From assembly GCA_964354495.1 (NCBI GenBank), contig CAYHAA010000007.1:107859-138555 (forward strand): a DNA stretch of 30,697 bases. The letters are read 5' to 3'. Origin of the DNA: an uncultured archaeon (GTDB taxonomy: Archaea; Asgardarchaeota; Thorarchaeia; Thorarchaeales; Thorarchaeaceae). Shown here one piece after another: positions 25,686 through 30,697 of this stretch (position 1 is the first letter of the stretch; every line of letters begins with the position of its first letter). The notes under the pieces were generated by a model, which worked only from the letters and a program-made list of their open reading frames with translations, searched no databases and was not told where the DNA came from. The position numbers and the translations under genes were made by a program.

Positions 25686-26846
25686 ATGCGTGTCAAATCC
25701 GGGAAAAGAAGAATCAGAGTTGCTTTCCTTCATCACTCTCTACGGAGCTATCGAGTTCGCCTTTTTGTCTTGCTCTCAACTCAATACGATATACAGTTCT
25801 TCTTATCCTCCAAACCAAAGAAAGATATGGATACAGATGGTTATTCGCGCGTTGAAAAGCAAAGCACAATTCTAAAGGAATTTAGGAATCCTCTCTTCTC
25901 CAACGGTTTTGCGCCAGGTCTTTTCTTCAAGCTAATACGGTTTAGTCCTGATGTCATAATTGCGTCGACATATTCATCGTACTTCACGCATATCGGATTT
26001 ATCTATTCACGTCTATTTCGTGTTCCGTTCATTGTCTTTTCAGAGGATTGGGTATGGCCACAATCCTTATTCATGAGACTTTCTTTCCCGTTCATTAGAC
26101 ATATCATCGTGAAATCGGATGCAATAATCGCAGCTGGGACAAAAGCCAAGGAGTTTGCTGAGCGTCATGGAGCTTCTCGTGTTTTTCTGGGGTTCAACTC
26201 TGCTTTGGACCTATCAAAAATAAAACTAGACACGCAAAGGATGAAACAGCTCAGAGATAGATATCGGGAAAGAAGAATCATTCTTTATCAATCTCGGGTC
26301 GTGAAATACAAGGGTTTGGACATTCTTCTGAGAGCATTTTCAGCTCTTCTTAAGAAAGAAGAAAACGTCACTCTGCTAATTGGTGGCGATGGCGATTTTC
26401 TAGACGAGTGTGTAACACTAGCTCAACAATTGTGCTTGAGTAACTACGAGTTTCTAGGTTTTGTTCCCAAGGATGAAATTGCATATTATTTCAACTTATG
26501 CGACGTGTTTGTGCTTCCTACGCGCTATTTTCCTGAATCCAATGTACCTGCTGAAGCATGGGGTATGGTTGTGAATGAAGCAATGTCAGTCGGAAAGCCA
26601 ATCGTTGCGACTTCAGCAGTGGCTGCTGCTTATGATTTGATTGAAAGAGGAGAGAATGGCTTTATGGTTCCCCATTCCAATCCAAACGATCTTGCAAGAG
26701 CATTGCAGATTGTGCTGCAATCACCATCATGCTTTGGGCAGCAGTCCCTTAGAATCATACGCAAGGCGACTGCTGAGCGGCAGCATGCTGCATTCTCTAA
26801 TGCAATAAGCTATACATTGCATAAAACAGGAAAAGACAGAAGATAG
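25686..26846 (+). CDS. Glycosyltransferase family 4 (GT-B)
   Basis: KYKGLDILL, CDVFVLP, EAWGMVVNEAMSVGKP; start at ATG 25686 preferred over 25536. Confidence 0.92.
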   Translation: MRVKSGKRRIRVAFLHHSLRSYRVRLFVLLSTQYDIQFFLSSKPKKDMDTDGYSRVEKQSTILKEFRNPLFSNGFAPGLFFKLIRFSPDVIIASTYSSYFTHIGFIYSRLFRVPFIVFSEDWVWPQSLFMRLSFPFIRHIIVKSDAIIAAGTKAKEFAERHGASRVFLGFNSALDLSKIKLDTQRMKQLRDRYRERRIILYQSRVVKYKGLDILLRAFSALLKKEENVTLLIGGDGDFLDECVTLAQQLCLSNYEFLGFVPKDEIAYYFNLCDVFVLPTRYFPESNVPAEAWGMVVNEAMSVGKPIVATSAVAAAYDLIERGENGFMVPHSNPNDLARALQIVLQSPSCFGQQSLRIIRKATAERQHAAFSNAISYTLHKTGKDRR

Positions 26847-27072
26847 TCCGGAGAAAAAAAGAGGGGCAACTCTCATGATCTGGAAAACCTGAAGTGCTTG
26901 CATCCTTGAATACCTGTCAGGATGGCAACCATGCTTGTTAACATGTCAATGCCATTATTTGTTCTAATCATTTCAACATGCGTTCCTCTAGAATGTTCGT
27001 TCCGGTTGAGAATAGCGCTTCTTGGTATCTCGACCAAATATCATTTAGTGCCTTTAATGGTTTGACGACTTC

Positions 27073-28029
27073 CTACCCAATATTCTTCTGAATCCACTCT
27101 ATTGTACTAGCTAATCCCCTCTCGATGTCCCATGATGGGACATATCCTAATTCTCTGGTTATTCTCTGTAAGCCAGCAAGGCTATCTCTAACATCTCCCA
27201 ATCTAGCAGGTCTATATACTCTGGCAGAAGTAGAACCTGTTTCTGAAATAATCATATCTGCAAGACACGCAATAGAAATCTGTGCTCCTCCTCCTACATT
27301 ATAGATTTTGCCTTTTGTGTTCTTTGAGGTTGCTGCAAGAATGTTGGCGTTCACAATATCATCAATGTACGTAAAATCACGCGTTTGTTGACCATCACCA
27401 TCAATTGGAAGTGGTTTGTTTTGCAATGCCCTAGTCACAAAAACCTGAATGACTCCAGCATAGTGTCCACCTCTCTGACGTGGTCCATAAACATTGAAGT
27501 ATCTTAGTGCAACAATGTCCATTCCATAAGTGCGAGCACAAGACATTGAGATGCTTTCCTGCGCAAGCTTTGATGCTGCATATGGAGAAATCGGATTCGG
27601 TAGCATATCTTCAACTTTTGGAAGCACCGGTGTATCTCCATAAACGGATGACGAGGATGCTACTACTATCTTTTTGATATCTGAACGTCTTGCTTCGTCA
27701 AGAACCAGACTTGTCCCCATAACATTTACATCCATAACAAGATGAGGATTCTCTATAGAAAAGGGAATACTTACTTTTGCAGCCTGCAAGAATACAGTAC
27801 TGATATCCTTGAGCGAATTTCGTACAATTTCTCGATTTCTCATATCTCCTTGAACGAATTCGAATCTGCTACTGCCATTCCATCTACTAATGTTTGTCCG
27901 GATCCCATTGCTTAGGTCATCGAGGACTCTTACTCGGGCTCCTTCCTCCATCAATCTATCAACGATGTTGGAGCCAATGAAACCTGCGCCTCCAATCACT
28001 AGCACACTTTCTGATTCAAAATCCTTCAT
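27073..28029 (-). CDS. NAD-dependent nucleotide-sugar epimerase/dehydratase (extended SDR, C4-epimerase-like)
   Basis: GGAGFIGS, ASSSSVYG, YAASK, LRYFNVYGPRQ, GDGQQTRDFTY. Confidence 0.94.
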   Translation of the reverse strand: MKDFESESVLVIGGAGFIGSNIVDRLMEEGARVRVLDDLSNGIRTNISRWNGSSRFEFVQGDMRNREIVRNSLKDISTVFLQAAKVSIPFSIENPHLVMDVNVMGTSLVLDEARRSDIKKIVVASSSSVYGDTPVLPKVEDMLPNPISPYAASKLAQESISMSCARTYGMDIVALRYFNVYGPRQRGGHYAGVIQVFVTRALQNKPLPIDGDGQQTRDFTYIDDIVNANILAATSKNTKGKIYNVGGGAQISIACLADMIISETGSTSARVYRPARLGDVRDSLAGLQRITRELGYVPSWDIERGLASTIEWIQKNIG

Positions 28030-28182
28030 ATGGAATGCTCCATTTGGAATCTTCTAATGCGACTCATCATACAGCAACATCATGATGAATTGGCCAATTG
28101 GTGTTGGCTCCTCCTCCCCATAAAACTGCATCTCGTAGAGTCATCTTCAATCTATTGCGAATAATGGAAAGAGCACAGGCTC

Positions 28183-29571
28183 TCAGCGGGCTCTCCCAAT
28201 ACCTGCCTTTCCAACACTGCGATACTCGAATCCCTTGCCTTCAACCGTCTTAGCATCGAAGACATTCCGGCCATCCACTATGGTAGGAGTCCTCATGACC
28301 TTCTTGATGCTTTCCAAATCCAGTGAGAAGTACTCTGAATGCTTCGTCACAAGCGCAAGACAGTCCGCACCCTTGGCGGCCTTCATGATGTCCGACTCAA
28401 CCTTCTGCGGTCCAAACTCCCACTCTTTCACATAGGGGTCGTGCAGTCGCACTTTGGCGCCCCGGCCCAGCAGAGTAGCCGCCAGAACTGCAGCGGGAGT
28501 GTTCCTCGTGTCATCCGAGTCCTCAAGATAGGCAATACCAAGGATAACGACCGTGGCCTCATGTATCGAAATCCCTCTTGCCTGAAGCGCATTCTCCACA
28601 AGGTCCGCCATGTGAACGGGCATGTGGTCGTTCACACGTCGAGCAAGTGAGATGAACTCTGGCTCAATCTTCCACGAGCCATACTCATACAGCCCGAATC
28701 TCAGGAGCCAGGGGTCCTTTGGAAGACAGTGCCCACCGACGCCAGCACCCGGAATGTGCATATGCCTGTCATGTCGCGCGTTGATGAGCCCGATGATCTC
28801 GTACACATTCACCCCAAGACTCTCACATACCAGTGCCATCTCGTTGGCAAAGGCGATGTTCACGTCGCGATAGGCGTTCTCAATGGTCTTGGCGAGTTCT
28901 GCGCTCAATGTGTCTGTGGTGTATATCTTCTCCTTGCAGATGGTCGAGTAGAGGTCGACGGCTCTCTTGGTCGCCTGTGGTGTGACACCTCCCACAACTC
29001 TTGGCATATTCACAATATACTCAATGAGCCTGCCGGGCATCACACGCTCATAGGAGAAAGCAAGGTCGAAGTCGACACCACCCTTGAGACCTGACTCCTT
29101 CTCGATGATTGTCTGAACAAGGTGTTGTGTCGTTCCTGGAGCCACCGTAGACTCAACCACAACGAGTGTCCCCTTCTTGATTCGCTCCCCTATGTTCTTG
29201 CTCACCTCCCTCAGGGAGATGTACTGGGGCATGTTCTGCGAGTCGGTCGGCGTCTGCACATCGATGAGGATGATGTCCGCATCCTTCAGCACTTCGATAT
29301 CGTCGGTCGCCCTGAATGTTCCCTTCTTCACTACTCGTGCAATCAGTTCATCAAGACCGGGCTCGATCCCCTCAAACGGCGATTTTCCACTGTTCAGAGC
29401 ATCAATCTTCCAGCCTGACCGTTTTGACCGCCGTTGAAGTCCTGTCACGGAGTGACCTTTCACGTCTGCCAGGAGGGCGGCAGCGGGAATGCCTACATAT
29501 CCAAGTCCGATAACGACAATCTTTGTCACCATGTCAGCGACCCTCATCGACCTAGTGCAATCAACTGACAT
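28183..29571 (-). CDS. UDP-N-acetylhexosamine/nucleotide-sugar 6-dehydrogenase (WecC/WbpA family)
   Basis: GLGYVG, ESTVAPGTT, ERVMPG, KTIENAYRDVNIAFANE, catalytic GGHCLPKD; start likely ATG 29532 or 29547. Confidence 0.93.
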   Translation of the reverse strand: MSVDCTRSMRVADMVTKIVVIGLGYVGIPAAALLADVKGHSVTGLQRRSKRSGWKIDALNSGKSPFEGIEPGLDELIARVVKKGTFRATDDIEVLKDADIILIDVQTPTDSQNMPQYISLREVSKNIGERIKKGTLVVVESTVAPGTTQHLVQTIIEKESGLKGGVDFDLAFSYERVMPGRLIEYIVNMPRVVGGVTPQATKRAVDLYSTICKEKIYTTDTLSAELAKTIENAYRDVNIAFANEMALVCESLGVNVYEIIGLINARHDRHMHIPGAGVGGHCLPKDPWLLRFGLYEYGSWKIEPEFISLARRVNDHMPVHMADLVENALQARGISIHEATVVILGIAYLEDSDDTRNTPAAVLAATLLGRGAKVRLHDPYVKEWEFGPQKVESDIMKAAKGADCLALVTKHSEYFSLDLESIKKVMRTPTIVDGRNVFDAKTVEGKGFEYRSVGKAGIGRAR

Positions 29572-29621
29572 GTTGACTCGGTGAAGGCTAGAAAAGGGTT
29601 ATGATGCTAGGATATCTGTAC

Positions 29622-30697
29622 TCATTCGACAAGGTCCTTTACATGGAACACGCCAACAACGTTTGTCCTGCCGGGCATCCTCTGGACCCCCGAGGTGAAC
29701 ACGATGTCCTTGTCCTTACTGATATATCCCATATCATAGACCATCTGGGTCGAGGTCTGGATGAGGTCGTCCATCTTCTCAGCGTGCTGCTCCCGCGTGA
29801 TGGGGTGCACTCCCCACAATAGCCTTGCCTTTCTGGTCACCTTGAGATTTCCGGTCACCGCGAAGACAGGCACTGGAGGTCTGAACTTGGAGACCCATCG
29901 TGCAGTGTACCCGCTCCTCGTCGAGCTGATGATGGCCTCGACATTATCCGGAATGAGACAGACCGCGCTGTAGGCGAGATTCCCGATGATCTCCACTATC
30001 ATCTTTTGTGGAGACGTGACACTCAGCGGATCCTGCCGCGGAAGTATCTTCTCTGCCCGTTTGATGATGCGGTTCATCATTGCCACTACACCTGCCGGGT
30101 CCACACCGACTGCGGTCTCGCCACTCAACATTACTGCGTCTGCCCGTTCCAGTATGGCATGAGCCACATCACTCACTTCTGCTCTTGTGGGTACGATCTC
30201 TGTGGTCATGGACTCAAGCATGTGGGTCGCAACAATGACTGGCTTTGCCCAGATATTTGCTCGGTGGATGAGGTCTCGCTGGAGGATAGGGACGTCCTCG
30301 ATGGGTACCTCAATGCCTAGGTCTCCTCGCGCGACCATGACTCCGTCAGACTCCTTCAGAATGTCATCGAAGTTCTTGATTGCGAGGGTGTGCTCAATCT
30401 TGCTGATGATTTCAGTGTCCTGCAGGCCTCTCTCATCCATGCTCCATCTCAGCCGTTTGACATCGTCAGCACAGGTGACAAAGGACAGGGCGACAAAATC
30501 AGGTTTAAGTTCAGCAGCCAGGTCGAGGTCTATCAGGTCCTCGTCTGTGGGAACTTTGCACGAGAGTTTGATTCCTGGGATATTCGCTCCTTTTCTGCTT
30601 GATATTGGGCCGCCATGCACCACTTCAGTGATGACATCCCCGCCCTTGACAGACTTGACCTTCAGCCTCACGATGCCGTCATTGAGAGCAATGATGT
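29622..30697 (-). CDS. pyk: Pyruvate kinase (5' part beyond the right edge)
   Basis: ISKIEH, DGVMVARGDLGIE, VATHMLESM, RAEVSDVA, MLSGETA; frame stays open to the window edge (IIALNDGIVRLKVK). Confidence 0.97.
   Translation of the reverse strand, partial: IIALNDGIVRLKVKSVKGGDVITEVVHGGPISSRKGANIPGIKLSCKVPTDEDLIDLDLAAELKPDFVALSFVTCADDVKRLRWSMDERGLQDTEIISKIEHTLAIKNFDDILKESDGVMVARGDLGIEVPIEDVPILQRDLIHRANIWAKPVIVATHMLESMTTEIVPTRAEVSDVAHAILERADAVMLSGETAVGVDPAGVVAMMNRIIKRAEKILPRQDPLSVTSPQKMIVEIIGNLAYSAVCLIPDNVEAIISSTRSGYTARWVSKFRPPVPVFAVTGNLKVTRKARLLWGVHPITREQHAEKMDDLIQTSTQMVYDMGYISKDKDIVFTSGVQRMPGRTNVVGVFHVKDLVE

Larger units (their letters stand above)
16500..28140. other. AT-rich surface-glycan biosynthesis island
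   Basis: Spot 60-bp counts of 30% (20581) and 42% GC (18481) vs 50-52% in the flanks (12841, 28801); all identifiable genes are glycan related. Boundaries approximate; no integrase or att repeat seen. Confidence 0.8.

Noticed and set aside
28067-28144. 25-codon minus-strand ORF MTLRDAVLWGGGANTNWPIHHDVAV resembling a nucleotidyltransferase N-terminus
   Set aside because: Too short and too loose a match to distinguish from chance.
1-30697. CRISPR array, tRNA/rRNA, transposase, integrase or DGR reverse transcriptase
   Set aside because: None seen. The hinge repeats are coding, unevenly spaced, and their differences are not adenine-specific, so neither CRISPR nor a DGR template/variable pair fits.

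Overview
Archaeal-type chromosomal window; Asgard/Thorarchaeia-like is my impression from protein style only and is not demonstrated. Housekeeping genes at ~50-58% GC (ABC ATPase, purB, PflX-type radical SAM, hypC, sugar nucleotidyltransferase, nucleotide-sugar dehydrogenase, pyk) are interrupted by two AT-richer accessory regions. (1) At ~3.7-11.5 kb is a locus built like a polymorphic toxin or kin-recognition system. A 1319-aa secreted protein carries a signal peptide, a His/Cys caspase-like domain, three ~213-aa repeats, a conserved YAGQDTSVPEPE..DG / WxGxWPVLH / DLLG hinge and a hydrophobic C-terminal tip. It is followed by a small membrane-protein gene, then two orphan hinge+tip cassettes with different tips, each with its own small 3-TM partner gene, and a decayed fourth cassette. 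One cassette is bracketed by a duplicated 3' end of the upstream carbamoyltransferase-like gene. A second insert 8 kb away is bracketed by a duplicated 3' end of hypC. The two junctions share a 14/16 identical 16-bp motif, and I found no integrase in the window. (2) At ~16.5-28.1 kb is a surface-glycan island with four GT4 enzymes, a GT-C-like membrane protein, a methyltransferase, a flippase and an epimerase. Alignments and GC counts were done by eye; no database searches were run.
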